64,000 nt of DNA from assembly GCA_000165425.1 (NCBI GenBank), contig CT868030.1, positions 310,001-374,000 on the forward strand. Direction: 5' to 3'. Below the pieces are notes generated by a model. That model did no database searches, was not told the DNA's origin, and saw nothing but the letters and a program-made list of their open reading frames with translations. Shown piece after piece: positions 27,670 through 42,236 of this stretch (positions are counted from its first letter, which is position 1; the number at the start of each line of letters is the position of its first letter). This DNA is from Paramecium tetraurelia. Its lineage: Eukaryota. Position numbers and translations under genes: made by a program.

Positions 27670-29473
27670 TCATCCAACCAAATTAATTACTCTTGTTAAT
27701 AATGGTTTATAATTTTCAACTTTGTGCGAAACGAATAATGACTGTTTTGTCTTAGCAAATCTACATTAAAGCTTAAATGATATCTGTTTCAGATAGACTA
27801 TCAATATTAGATGTTGCTTCATCTAGAATGAGAATTCTTGGATTCTTTAAAATTGCTCTTGCTAATACAATTCTTTATTTCTATCCTCCTGATAAGGAAG
27901 TGGTTCCATCAGATTTTAATTTAGTCTAATATTTGTTTTGCATATTCTCAATGAAGTCATGTGCTCTTGCTAATTTAGCTGCCAAAATAACCCTTTCCAT
28001 GCTCTGATCATACCCATGATTGCCATAAATGATATTCTCATAGACAGTAGCATTAAATATGATTCCATCTTATTGAACATAAGAAACGTGTTATTGTATC
28101 CACTTAAAATCTTTCTTTGATAGAGATTCTCCATCAATTAATATTTCACCTGATGATGGAGTTAACAATTTCGTCAATAAATTCAAGGCAGTAGTTTTGC
28201 CTGATCCACTTGGTCCTTATAATAGTACAATCTCACCTGAGTTGATTTTCAAATTGAATGTTAATGTAGAGTTTTCATGATTTGGATAAGAATACTGAAC
28301 ATTTTTAAATGAAATACTTGGTGGTGGAATTGTCGAATGTTCATATAATTCTTACCATTCTTTAGTATTTTCAGCACTTTAAGGTGGATTAAGCAATCTA
28401 GCCTTTAAAATATCATCTAATCTGATATATTCTCTATAATTCTTTGTTAGATCTGGTTGATTATACAATTCAGATTCATGAAGATTTGGATGTATATCAA
28501 GTATAGTTTTATAAATAGCAGCAGTCTTAACCAATTCATTATATATAGCTATCATTGCTCTAGTTCCTGATGCCATATAAACTGCTTAGATAAAATATTT
28601 GGCTAACTCTGGATCTAAATGTCCAGTGGCAACTAGATAGCAGCCTTAGAATAAGATCAAAATCAGTGCATACAAGCCTCCTCCTTCCATCAATCCCATA
28701 TTTAATGCTTACATTTTAGAAAATTAGGTTGCTTATTCATACCATCTAAATAATTATGCAGAATATCTTTAATTTTCTTTCTATTCCATGTCAGACAATT
28801 TGATTAATCTATGCGCTTGTAGCATTTCTTGTGATACCTCACTTAGAGACCCTAATTCTTATGTTTCCTTGACTTTAAATTATGACATATATTTTCCTAA
28901 TAAAACTGCTGATCCACCCATTACAGCTGCAGCAGCACTTGCAGATGCCAACAAAGGAAATGCATAATATGATAAATAGGCTGCTCCTCCTATTGTTGTA
29001 ATGAATCCTCTAATCATTACAAAGATGTCTTATGATAATCCAGTTGACACCAGACTTACATCATTTGATAATTTATGAACTAATTATTGTGAGTGTAACT
29101 ATTGAGTTTCTCTAGTACTCATTAATTTCTAAAACATGGAATATCTCATTCGCATTCCTACTCTATTGCTTATTTATGTATTTAAGAATCTACGAGCCCC
29201 GCCTAAAAACATCCCAAGCAGACATACACCTCCCCATTTTATATGATAATATAAATTGGTCTATTTACTTTTTTCTTTGTTTTCTTGATCATACTTTAAT
29301 TCTTGCAATTTTGCTATATCAGTTGTCACTTAAGGCAAATAGAGAAGTAATGCACTATTCAAGCCGACTACACTCATTCCTATTATACAAAATCTTTTCT
29401 CAGGAACCATTAATTTTAGAAGATTCATGATGTCCTTCCCAAAGAATTATTTCGACTTTTTGCCTTCTTACAT
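27670..29473 (-). CDS. ABC transporter subfamily B half-transporter (TMD-NBD)
   Basis: TM domain followed by FSYP, Walker [10 protein letters not shown]-loop YVQQD, signature LSGGQKQRIVLARA, Walker [13 protein letters not shown]. Confidence 0.93.
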
Positions 29474-29544
29474 CACAAATTAAATTTATATATATATATT
29501 TATCAGATTCGAGTTTCTAAGACTCTCTAAACTTTTAACACTTC

Positions 29545-32500
29545 TCAGTATAAAAAAGATGACATTATTAAATTACGATGATCTGATCTCTAAATTTAGG
29601 ACATTATAACATGTGTATCCTCACTATTGAAATTAATTGTCTATCGGAGACTCCTTGGGTTATTCTATCTATGAATCTTTAAATATTGCTTAATCAAAAG
29701 AAATCGTTTTGTTACATTTCGACGGGTTTCTGCCTTAGAAATTAGACACTTTCTAATAAAAGGGAAACAATAAATGATTTTGGGCAATTTTAATAAAATA
29801 ATCTTCCTCAATCTATCAAAATATTCATCATTTTTCCGGATGAAGGTTTAGATGATATGGTAGAAGATGTAAATCATCAAGAATAACAGGATTATAATCA
29901 TTATTAGTTCTGCAATAAATTAAACCTCCATTAACCCTTCAACTTTAGTTTCATAAGATAAACTACTGAAACACACAAATATTGAGCATAAAAACAATCC
30001 CACTTATTCTATTTTATTGATATTTGATTTCTCATACGGTTTTTTTAGGGATATTGCAACAAAGTATATAAATAAGATTAAAATGACCATCAAGTTCTTG
30101 AATATCATTCTCAAATCATTCACATATGCATATATTACGATTACTATTTATCTCATTTCTAAGTTGACTAATTCCCAATAGTACAATTATTCCTTGTAAT
30201 CATTACAAAGAAATCCATAAATTCCGATCGTAGGATCAATTTTATGAATAGTCCTATGTGTTTTCCTTATCAAAATTAAAGTGCTGAATGGAATAGTGAA
30301 AAAAAGAGTTAACATTATAGGTAGAATAAAGTAAAAAATCCATGAATAATGCTGATCTGTTTCAAATATATATGCCATATTAGCTTCTATCCACTCTATA
30401 TTTACAACTCTTCTGGAGGATGTCAGAGATGATAACCTAAATGATCACAAATATTAATACTCTTCCATAATGTTTGGCATCGAATAAAATAATAGGAAGA
30501 GAAATGATGTTAGAGTGTATTTGTAACTTCTATTTCTATCTATAAATAATTTTGAACACATTGAATATAAGAGTCCAAGCAATAATATTTATCCAATAGG
30601 TATCAAAATTGCCCAAATTACTTTTAAGTAAATGATAGATATCTAAAATTAATCAGCTACAAAATGGACTAAAAACAATAAAGATTTCGAAGATTTTCCA
30701 ATAGGCCAAATAATTTAAGAAAAGTAAGATTCAAAACTTAGGGGAGGAAGTAAAGGATATAATATTTACATTTAATGTACAAGTAATCTTATCAATGTGG
30801 AGAATTGATCTTAAATTATAAAACTAAGAGTATACCTATTTGGCATCGAAATAACAACTTGAAGTGTTTTGTCTTTAATTTTAGACTTCTATAGAGTAAA
30901 TTCATCTCATATTTACATCCTGAGATTTTGTATGTAACCCCAAAGGTTCTAATCTAATAATATCATTATATTACAATATCATTAAGATCAAAGTAATTAT
31001 GATGATTATTGGCTTCAATTCCCTTCTTTCACATTCTCCAAGAAGTGATTTTAAATATGTGGAATCTCCCCTAATATTATATAGATCACATTCTTTGCAA
31101 ATTGCTCCAATCGAACCTGTTTTACATGACTCGTAATTTACTTTCCAACCTCCAATACACTATTCAATGCTTTCGCATTCTTCTATATAATGGGAATAAT
31201 AGGAATATCTCCAAAAACCTGGCAATAGTTCAATTGACTAAGATGTTACAGCTTTAATTTTCTTGGGATCTAATCTTTAACATTCGATTGAATCCTTTTC
31301 CACTGAATAATAACCTTTATCAAAATCACATTTTAAACATTATTGATTACTATAATATTCACCAATTTCACATTTTAATGTCCTTACATTAAAAATGAAT
31401 AAATGATTTTCTTTCATGCCTTCACAATATGATTTTACTAATAAATAAATCTCCTGAGTAGAATAAGGATCTAAATTAAACATCATATTATCTAAATTAT
31501 AAGATTGTGTTTCAGTATTAAAGGATGAAATTGTTACATTCTCTAATTGAGAGCTTATCAAAATCTCCTATAATTAATAATCTTTTTCTTAATCAACGTA
31601 CAATTATTCAAAATAGCATTTATTATTTTAGTTATCGATTAATTTTTCTCCAAGTTAAGTATAAATTTCTATTCTTAATGAGATATTGTTTTTTACATAT
31701 TACATTTAAGACTTGTCAAAAATTTAGAAATCTTTTAGCATTTATCCACTTGCAACTTTAATATAGGTATCATTAATCCGTTATTTCTTATAATTTACTA
31801 AATACTCTGGACTATCAACTACTAAATATCCCATCTCTTATCTCTTAGTCTTTAGAACAACTCCATAAATTGACAATTTCAAAAAATCTGCTTCTTCCTT
31901 TATGTTGTTTAATCCATCTACAGCCTTATTTTCATACAACATCAAATTAATTATTGTATTCTTTTACAATTTATTTTATTCAATAAACATTGCTCCACCA
32001 ATTTTTGCACTATTATTTATTATACTGATATCTTTTGCAATTATTGAAGAATTGGACAAATAAATTGCACCAGCAATATTTGATACAACATTATTTTTCA
32101 AAACAATTTAATTTAAATTGATTGAACTATTTTAAAATTACAGTATTCCATTTGATTATGCTAAATTACTCACAAACTTAGATTTATAAAATTTGATTGA
32201 TTTACTTTTGACTATAAAACAACTATTATATCCACAATTATTATCTACAAAGTTAATGTTAGAAAATAAGATATTTTAATGATTTGAATCACTTAAGAAC
32301 ATTGTTAATCCATTCTAACAAAATGGGCATTTAATATTGATAAGTTTAAGATTCCTAAATCTTAAATACTAAGACTATTAAGTTTAATTTAATTTGAAGA
32401 AGTAACCCAATTACTTTTAAGATTCAATGTTAAGAAGAATAAAATCTTCAATAAAGATGTTTTTCATTAAACTAGTTTCAACACTAACTATATGAGAAAG

Positions 32501-35500
32501 TTCATTTATTATCATAATAGATGTTAAGAAAAATTACTTTAATCTTAAATCGCCATTTCTTAGTCTACAAATGGGTTAATTTAAATAACCAGTATAATGA
32601 AAATGAAATATTATCACAGGACTAGGATTATTGAATAAATTACCTAAAACTTGATGTAATTATGCCATCTAAATTACTTGAATTCTAATAATTGGTATAT
32701 TTGGCCAACTTATTTTTAACTTATTCATCAGTATTGTTGAAAGTAATATATTAAAGAAAGATTTTATTATTATTACTATTGGAAGAAAAGTCAAATTTAC
32801 CAAATGCATTTTCTTAAGAGTATAAGTTTATAAATTATAGACTCTTCATAAAGATATAATTGTTTAAAGAAGATGGTATCAAATGTAAAAAGGCACACTT
32901 CTATTATGTAAAAATATTCTTGGCTTAAAAATCAGTGACATTTAACTATATTGTAGATTATTAAGCATCAATAGTTAATACTCCCCCTAATTAGGCTAAA
33001 TAATCCTAATGAGATGCTAGAATTGTATTATCGAAAATGCAATTTTTGAGTATTACTTTACCTTCTTATTTTAATTAAATGTAAATAAATCCATAGAAAA
33101 TACTATTCACATCAAAAAAATTAGAATTAGTAAAATTAATAAATTCTGCTTAAAAAATAGCAAAGCCACACAATGACTTGATTAAATCTTATAACTCAAC
33201 ATTAATATTTTTAACATTCAAATTTTACGCTAATATTGAATTAGCTTCAAAAAGAATTATAGTTTCTGAAGAATTATAAACAATAATATCTTGAAACATT
33301 AAGTTATCTAAAATTATCGACGATTTTGGTGATTTTATTTATATTAAAGAAGATTAAAATAAATCTTGGTTTGGCTATTAATACCAAAAGTAATTAGACT
33401 AAAAGATGCAACTTCTTAATTCAATCATAGACTCAGAATCGATTTAAATGTGAATTACTGAGTGAATAGACTTTATTAAATTTAAACTTTAATAATTTTG
33501 AATTAATAAATTTGAGATACTTACATACTTTTTTCCTGACTCATCAGATCTAATTTAAATTAAAGGATCAACAATTTAAATCATATCTACAATTTTCACT
33601 GATAGTAATTCTAATCTGTCAAAGTTTGAAATATAAATTAGTTAATTCTAATAAATTTTATTTAAATTCATTGTAGATTAATAACTTCCTTATAATTATT
33701 CCTTATTTTCAACTAATAAATCATCTACAACAATATTAGCACAGTCCTCTAAACCTAAGAACTGAAATATCACATCATTTTAGATTACGAGATGATTTGC
33801 ATATAAGTTGCACTTTGAATATAAAAGAAAAAATTATCACTTATTTTTCCTTTAGAATATATTTAATCAATCTTCTCAAATTTAGAATACTTAATAATTA
33901 CGTCTATATTAATATTTTGAGTTAAAGATATTAGTTATAGAATATTGGTTCCATTTAATTGTAAATTTTAGCATTATAATTGATTAACTAAAAAAAAAGT
34001 TTAGGTTGATTCAAATTAGTGATAAAAGATCCTGCTCTTAATTGCAATTGTATCTACTATTTGAACAGTCTCTAAGTTTACAGAAGAAAAAGTAGATATT
34101 ATTGTTGAATTATTTAAGAATGTATTCAATAATTTTACACTACGAATTAAAACCATATCTTAAGATTTTGATATAAAGAAAATTGAACTATTATCCAAAA
34201 AACTATCTTCAATTAAAAATTCTTCAATCACATATTGTTAATTACGATTTTATAATAATTAATTTATGAATAGACTATTTCTAAAAGTGCAATTCTAGAT
34301 CTTAACAGATTTAATCAATATTTTATTAAATTTATCAGATGCAAAATAAAAAAACTAACTATCTTAGAAGGTACAATTTTTAAATTACAAATCGTTCATT
34401 TAAATCGAGGCATTTTTAACGAAATTATTTATTGTTATGATGGTTGATTCATATAAATATACATTTTTCACTGATAGCACACTAATTTAAAAATCAGATG
34501 AGAAATTAATAGTTAAGAAATTTTTAGCTATTTCATTTCGTATTGTTAGATTCTAAACAATCACATCAACACCATAAACAGTTGTCACTGCAATATGAGA
34601 ACCCTTAAGCTTATAAAGACTATTGAATATGTGAAAGTTAGTTATGTTGAAGAGTTCAACAAATCCCTATCCTGTCATATCAGCCTCAACAATAATTGTG
34701 GCTGTGTAATTTTTTAAGGCATAATAATCATTTAAAAGATTTTCTTAATGTGGAATCATGTTTTCTATAATATAATAATAGTTTGATATGCTTTTTTATA
34801 AAATAAAGTTACCATCGAATATGGAACTAGATTTTTGTTGGCTGTTACTTATAAATTTTTATTTCAATTTTGTTTCGTTGTTATATGGCTATATTAATCC
34901 ACTTCTTTGATCAATATAAGTTAAATTATTATTAAAGTTTAATAGACATTTATGAGTTTATTTAATGCTTGTTGAATTAAGTAGAAAGTATGGATTATAT
35001 TTCTAATATTATTTAAATACTTACATGAACCAAATCGCTGTCAAGTGGCAGGCAAAATCTACATGGATAAGGGCATTGATAACATCTACCAGAAATTTAC
35101 GAATAAAAGTCAATATATTCATCTGAAGTAGTAGTACACTTAAGGCATTATTATTCTCCATCAATTTATTCACATATATCACAATTCGAACAAGGGGATA
35201 TGCATTTATTGGATTAAATATCTAAAACTAGATTATTTGAGCATTAGGTGATTAAGACTTGGTCATAGTTTCTAAATAATTGGCTCAAACCATAAAAATC
35301 TTAAGTTAATTATTATAAGTATCCTATAGTTTCTAATTTATACCTTTAGAGCATTTTATTATTTAACTCACATTCTTAAACATTCTCAAATTTCTCATTA
35401 CAAGAAATGCATAACCCATTTAGATTGTTGTTATAATATCCAACCTTACATTATAAGCACACCATTAAATCAAATAAGTTATAAATACATTATTCACAAT

Positions 35501-37778
35501 TAGGAATCTTGTCTTAGCAATTAGTTATTTATTGAAATTTGTTCTCCAATAATTCAAATTGTGTAGCATAACAAATAGTATCTCCATCGCTGTCTATATA
35601 ATATAAACAATTATTGTCAATTTTATTTTTAATGCATAAATTCGTTTTGAATGAGAAAGAATATCCTTGTTAACATAGTGCGCATCCAATTACATAATCA
35701 TCATTAACCTAACCTTCGTTTTATGCATCATTAAGGATTGAATTTTCTTTAATATTGTATTAATTATATTAAAAACAATATTTGCAATGTAAAATTGAGC
35801 ATTATTAACATTATCCCTTAGAATTTATAAAATATTAAGTTTAACTGGAACACACATAACAAAGTTCTTCATTACAATATTTACAATTATTTTAGCAAGC
35901 CGTATTTTTAATCTTAAGTACTCTTATCTAAAAGCATTCACCATTCTCAAACATGTAATTATCTATGCATTTTATATAGGTTTATTAATTCAAATGTTTA
36001 TAATTAGATAAATAGCAATCTTAATCTTGAAATTAATTACATAGCAAGCATCCTTTGCATGGAATCAATTATTCATTTTCAAATAAAAATTATATATTTG
36101 TTATTTCAGGATCATTACGTTTTTTAAGAAAATTATTAGAAGATTCAAACAAATAATATGTATTTTTGCAATTAGTACTTTTTAGAACCCAGTCAATGGG
36201 TCTCATTAAACATTCTGCGCAGATGACCTAATTGTGTTAACTTGCTGAAGGACTAATTTAAATATTAAAATACCACTAAAAACACATTTAATCAAAACTA
36301 AATTCTCCAAATTTACAGAATTCCTAATCTTATTCTTCTTATTCGTCTATTAGACTCACAGTAACTTGATTTTAAGTAACAAATTAGCAAGTAAAATCTG
36401 ATTTTTCTGAATACCAAACCTTGCATCTACAAGTTTATTCAACTTCATTGTAAATTCTATTTTTTTACTCTGGACAACTTAAACATTAATTTTAAGATGG
36501 CCCTATGCAAGTTTAGCATGAATAATGACATTAGATATTTTCATTATTACAATCATAAAACAAAATCAATCCAAAAGATCTACCTAAAGTACTAAAATCC
36601 TCTCTTGATCCACCAAAAAATAAACGATAATATATATTTGAAAATTAATTCACATTTGTATACCTCTTTTCTATTTTCTTGTCTTACTTTTTATTAATTA
36701 AATGAAAATTTAAAGTATCTGGATCATATTCAACTTGAATAAAATGCCATGTACTTAATAGAGAATGATTTTAAACAAAAATAAGGTCTTCTTTTTAAAA
36801 TGGATCATTATTATTTGTAAATTATACTATGATTGGTAACACATAAGAATAATATTAGATTCTAATCATCCATTATTTTTATTCTGAATAATACATATAA
36901 GATAAAATAAAAGAATTAGATCCTGTAGCTTAAAAATCAGTAGTAAATCGGTTAGCAACTATTCGTAAAACATGTATTTTATGATCAACTTCAGGATCAA
37001 AGTCATTTTAAATCTTAGCCCAAAATGTTACTTTATAATATTTTTAATTCTAATTTTCTATCATATAAATTTGGTGCTAGTTAAATTCTTTCATGTCTAA
37101 TTATCCTAATAGCAAAACTGTATTATCTGAACATTTGATCTCAGAGAATATATCCCAAGCGTCTTCCCTATCTCTTTCATAAACACTAACAGCTGCTAAT
37201 AATTGACCTGGGAATGTTTTTAAATTTAGCATATACTTTGTAATTGGATGCACAACCTATAATTGATAATGACAAAGTACTTAATAAGAACCTCCTATAA
37301 CGAAATTGATATTTGAGTACTTAAATTCTTAAAATGAATATGATTTTAATGATTTTTTATGGTCTCCCCACCTCATCTCTAAATTTAATAATTTTGAGTT
37401 AACATCGTAATTGATATATTGTTAATACCACAAACCTTCATACTCTTCTAAATTAAAAATAAACTCATTCGATAACCATTAGTTTTCTTAGTAATAATAC
37501 AGATGGTGAATTATTTTTTCTCTTGAATTTGATAATTCGACATAATGAAGATAGAATAAACCTCCTTCCAATAATTTTGCGCTCGACAAAAAGTAGTAAA
37601 TATCAGTATTCATCGATTCATACATGTAGTATTTTGCTCCTAATGGGCATAATTTTGAAACAACCCCATAACTATAAAATGGGTTGTCCCATTCGCTATC
37701 AACTGAGTATCGAGTCTAATCATTGATATAGCTAAAGCTAGAGATGCAGATTTATAATAAATGGAAAATAAATAACAT
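29545..37778 (-). CDS. giant (~2700 aa) ciliate surface protein: signal peptide, Cys-rich furin-like repeats, Asn-rich beta-helix-like region, C-terminal multi-TM domain
   Basis: MLFIFHLLQICISS; CHYSC..C.GPS..QCLSC; repeated CxxC; GGAMFI/AGAIYL motifs; GFWR..CIGGW..GSIGAICKECD; several TM segments with YGFLCNDYK..YYWELV. Confidence 0.85.
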
Positions 37779-37940
37779 AATTAAATAAAATCATATTATT
37801 GAAAACAAATCATATAATTATAATTATATTTACAAAGTATTATTTAATTAAATCATATCTTATTTTATCAGAATTACTCATATTTTATAGATTTATAAAT
37901 CCAAGGAGATTTAAAAATTTAAATAAATATTTCTCAACTC

Positions 37941-39716
37941 ATGAATAATTAGTAACCATAATCACTGTTTTCTAATTCATCTAAATAGACATAAAACCAA
38001 GGACTTTTCTAATAATAATAGTAATCTTTCAACGCAAATTTCGGAATTGCCTAGTAACCCACAGGAAATATTTTCCCGAGTCCTGTAATTCCTCATAGTA
38101 ATTCCAATTTATTTGGAGCACAAATCAACAATGCTTACCAAATTTAATAACCACTATTCCAACAATATTCAGTGATACAACCTACATAGTTTATTAATAT
38201 TAATTTTGATGATGATGAAAAGATAGAGCCTAAAAAAGAAGATGCCAAATAAAATACAAATAAATATGATTTAAATGAAAAACTTTACTTTGAGGTTAGA
38301 TCCTTATACAAAATGGGAAAATTGCTTAACAGTAGGACATAATATTTACCTGGAATCGTAAGTATAAAAGCTTTAGATTAAGCTGTCACGTAGAATCAAA
38401 AAAATTAGCGAGTTGGGGTAGATTTGGTAATTATTATTAAATATTGTTTTAGATATGCTTAATTGACATTAGTGGAAGTATGATAGGAGTTAAAATTGAA
38501 ATGGTTAAGGCATCCTTAATTGTTCTTCTCTAATTTCTTGGAGATAATGATAGACTATAATTAATAACTTTCGATAATGATGCACATAGATTAACTCCCT
38601 TAAAAACTGTAACCAACCAAAATAAAAGTTATTTTACTTAAATCATCAAATAAATTAAAGCAAATGGAGGTAATCGTATTTCAGAAGCTACTAAAATGGC
38701 ATTTTACTAATTAAAAAGTAGAAAATATATAAATAATGTGACATCGGTTTTCTTACTTTCTGATGGTGTTGATTATACTTATCCAGAGGTAAAGAATCAA
38801 ATATAGACAGTGAATGAAGTGTTTACTTTGCATACATTTGGTTTTGGAGAGGATCATGATGCTTAGATGATGACTTAGTTATGTAATTTAAAGAGTGGAA
38901 GTTTTTATTTTGTATAGGATGTAACATTATTGGATGAATTCTTTGCAGATGCTTTGGGAGGACTAATCTCTGTCGTAGGTGAATAATTAGAAATAACACT
39001 TTCATCTTCAGCACCTCCTCCTTATTAAGATATTCAAATATCTAAAACTTATGGAAATATGTGGTAAAAGAAAGGAAATCAATATTATATTACTCAACCT
39101 TAAATTGCATCTGGATCAAGAAAAGATTACGTTTTTGAATTGGCTCTTCCAAAATTTGAAGGGAAAATCGAAGATAATCATAGAAATGTGAAAGTTATAG
39201 AGGCAGTATTAAAAATAAAAGATCCAATTAATGGAGCAATTATAACTAAATAAACTAGTCTTACATTAACATTCTTTAATTAAGATGAATAAATTAATTA
39301 AAATGAATCAGATATTGATGTTTATGCATAATATTATAGAGTAAAAGGAACAGAAGTAATTGATGATGCAAGAAAAGCTTGTGAATAAAATAAGAATGAA
39401 GATGCTTAAAAGTTGATTGATAATATGTTGATACAAATTTAAAAGAATCAAAATGTTGCTGCTTAATGTACTGGAATTATTTAAGATTTATAATAAGCAA
39501 AATAAGCATCTTCAAGAAATACCTATAATTTATTTGGCCAAAAATAAATGTGTCAAATGGTCAGTAATAACTATCAATAGGGAGGAGTCAACTCTTTATT
39601 CTCTGCCACAGGAGCATAATATATAATAAGTTCTACCAGCTGCATACTCTAATGCTTGCTAATAATAAATGATGTTTCAAGTATAAGCATCCAAACCTAG
39701 TAACAAGTAACATTGA
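37941..39716 (+). CDS. vWA-domain protein, copy A (+1 insertion at ~39621 may extend the reading frame to 39877)
   Basis: Q-rich N-terminus; VDL/ICLIDISGSM..LLSDG..LHTFGFGEDHDA..GSFYFV..FADALGGL; intron 38427-38452. Confidence 0.9.
38805..39699 (+). repeat. shared vWA 3' module, copy in gene A
   Basis: Matches 44456-45349 directly and 41334-42227 inverted; an identical off-frame 63-aa ORF appears three times in the ORF track. Confidence 0.95.
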
Positions 39717-41269
39717 TTCATTATATTATGAATTTATTATTAATTACCTCTATCTTTCCTTTTACAAATTATATTATTTACACCTTTATCGCTTATTTCT
39801 TCCACAAGAGTTATTACAGATATTTAATATAATATTTCAAAATAGTTAATGCCTTTATTTCGATTTTAAGATTATGAGATCCATCATATCTTATATAGAC
39901 ATACAATTAATATTTTTAAATCCTATACAAATGGAGACTATTTTTACTTTAGTTACATATAGTAATTCCAAAGTATTGGTTTTAGAATAAGAAATCATAT
40001 ATCTATTTCGTATTTTTTTTGATTTTGAATGATTTTATATAAAAAAGATACTACTCTTTGATTTATTATTTAAAGATTATCCTAAATAATAATTTTGTAT
40101 CATAAGAAACTAAATCATCAGAAAATTAATTACTTTTATATTCATCTTGAGATTTAAGCTCTAAAAATAAATTTTCTATGTAAATTTTCCAACAAGGTCA
40201 GTGTGAGAGTGGAGAGCCTTATGTGACCCCATTTGTAAAGTGATAGTAAATTGGTAATATTAATTTATGTTGAAGAGAACGGAAGATAACCATATTCTTT
40301 GGATAATTCTAATGTCAAATAGGTTACATTTTTTTTGGTAATCTTAATCCCAACAATTAAAAGAGTAGACTGAATATTGAATTAGGTTTGAACTGCATTT
40401 TAATAAGGACATTAGATTAAACTCTATTTAAGGAATGATTCTAGCTCTACAGCAAATATGATTGATTTCAATAGTCCTAAATATTATTCAAAGTTTGAAT
40501 ATTTTTTAGTTTATCTAAGATAAATGCCGCTGCTTTGTTTTACGATATTCTTTTTGAATTTCAAGAATTTCTATTTGGTTTAAAGGTGATAACAGGATTA
40601 AGTCGTTCTCCCTTAGAGATTAAGCCGAAATATTTTAACTAGTTGTTCATGGAGGCATTCCAAATTGTAAATCATTTTAATCACCAAAATAGAAAGGAGA
40701 AAATTCCATTCTCTTTTTTTATCCTTAAAATTCAATTACATTATTTTACATTTTCTTTATTAAATATAATTATAGCATGAAATGAATATGTTTGAAATCT
40801 AAATCTATATTAAATTCTATCTTTACTGTAATGATATATTTGTAAATAATACGAGCTGCAATAACTTCACATTTGTTCTGAATACCTATTTTGCAAACAT
40901 ATTTTGAAGGAATATATTTTTAATACTAGAAGTGGCTTCTATTGCAACATAGAACCCTTATAATATCATTTCATAATAAACGTATCTTAAAGACTTTATA
41001 TCATTTAAAACAGAACCTATATTTTAAATTCTGATTTGCGCCTTAAATCAGAATTTGTGTTCAAAGATTCGGTATAAATTTCTTTGGTTTTGGTGATTTT
41101 GTAATGTAATAAAGAAAATTTTTGTTTTCTTTAACAATATTGATATATATATCATAATATCTAATTTCTATCCCTTCAATTTTTGGTAAGTATTTTTTAA
41201 ATTTTCTAAATTATAAAAATTTCGTAAATGAAATTAAGATTTTATATGAAAATTAACATATTCAAAGCA

Positions 41270-42236
41270 TAGAAATATATGAAATGGTTGTATATTATAA
41301 AATGATGATAAATGAATCAAGAGGGTTTGTAGTTAGGTTTGGATGCTTATACTTGAAACATCATTTATTATTAGCAAGCATTAGAGTATGCAGCTGGTTG
41401 AACTTATTATAATTATGCTCCTGTGGCAGAGAATAAAGAGTTGACTCCTCCCTATTGATAGTTATTACTGACCATTTGACACATTTATTTTTGGCCAAAT
41501 AAATTATAGGTATTTCTTGAAGATGCTTATTTTGCTTATTATAAATCTTAAATAATTCCAGTACATTAAGCAGCAACATTTTGATTCTTTTAAATTTGTA
41601 TCAACATATTATCAATCAACTTTTAAGCATCTTCATTCTTATTTTATTCACAAGCTTTTCTTGCATCATCAATTACTTCTGTTCCTTTTACTCTATAATA
41701 TTATGCATAAACATCAATATCTGATTCATTTTAATTAATTTATTCATCTTAATTAAAGAATGTTAATGTAAGACTAGTTTATTTAGTTATAATTGCTCCA
41801 TTAATTGGATCTTTTATTTTTAATACTGCCTCTATAACTTTCACATTTCTATGATTATCTTCGATTTTCCCTTCAAATTTTGGAAGAGCCAATTCAAAAA
41901 CGTAATCTTTTCTTGATCCAGATGCAATTTAAGGTTGAGTAATATAATATTGATTTCCTTTCTTTTACCACATATTTCCATAAGTTTTAGATATTTGAAT
42001 ATCTTAATAAGGAGGAGGTGCTGAAGATGAAAGTGTTATTTCTAATTATTCACCTACGACAGAGATTAGTCCTCCCAAAGCATCTGCAAAGAATTCATCC
42101 AATAATGTTACATCCTATACAAAATAAAAACTTCCACTCTTTAAATTACATAACTAAGTCATCATCTAAGCATCATGATCCTCTCCAAAACCAAATGTAT
42201 GCAAAGTAAACACTTCATTCACTGTCTTTATTTGCT
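41270..42236 (-). repeat. left arm of a ~967-bp inverted repeat (partner 44447-45413)
   Basis: No differences seen in the segments compared by eye; identical 63-aa and 72-aa ORFs in the track; includes ~47 nt of 3' UTR. Confidence 0.93.

Noticed and set aside
29474..29610. Upstream start or non-canonical GT-AC intron for the ABC transporter
   Set aside because: This sequence is the final codons of the giant membrane-protein gene (stop at 29545); the ABC gene reads cleanly from 29473
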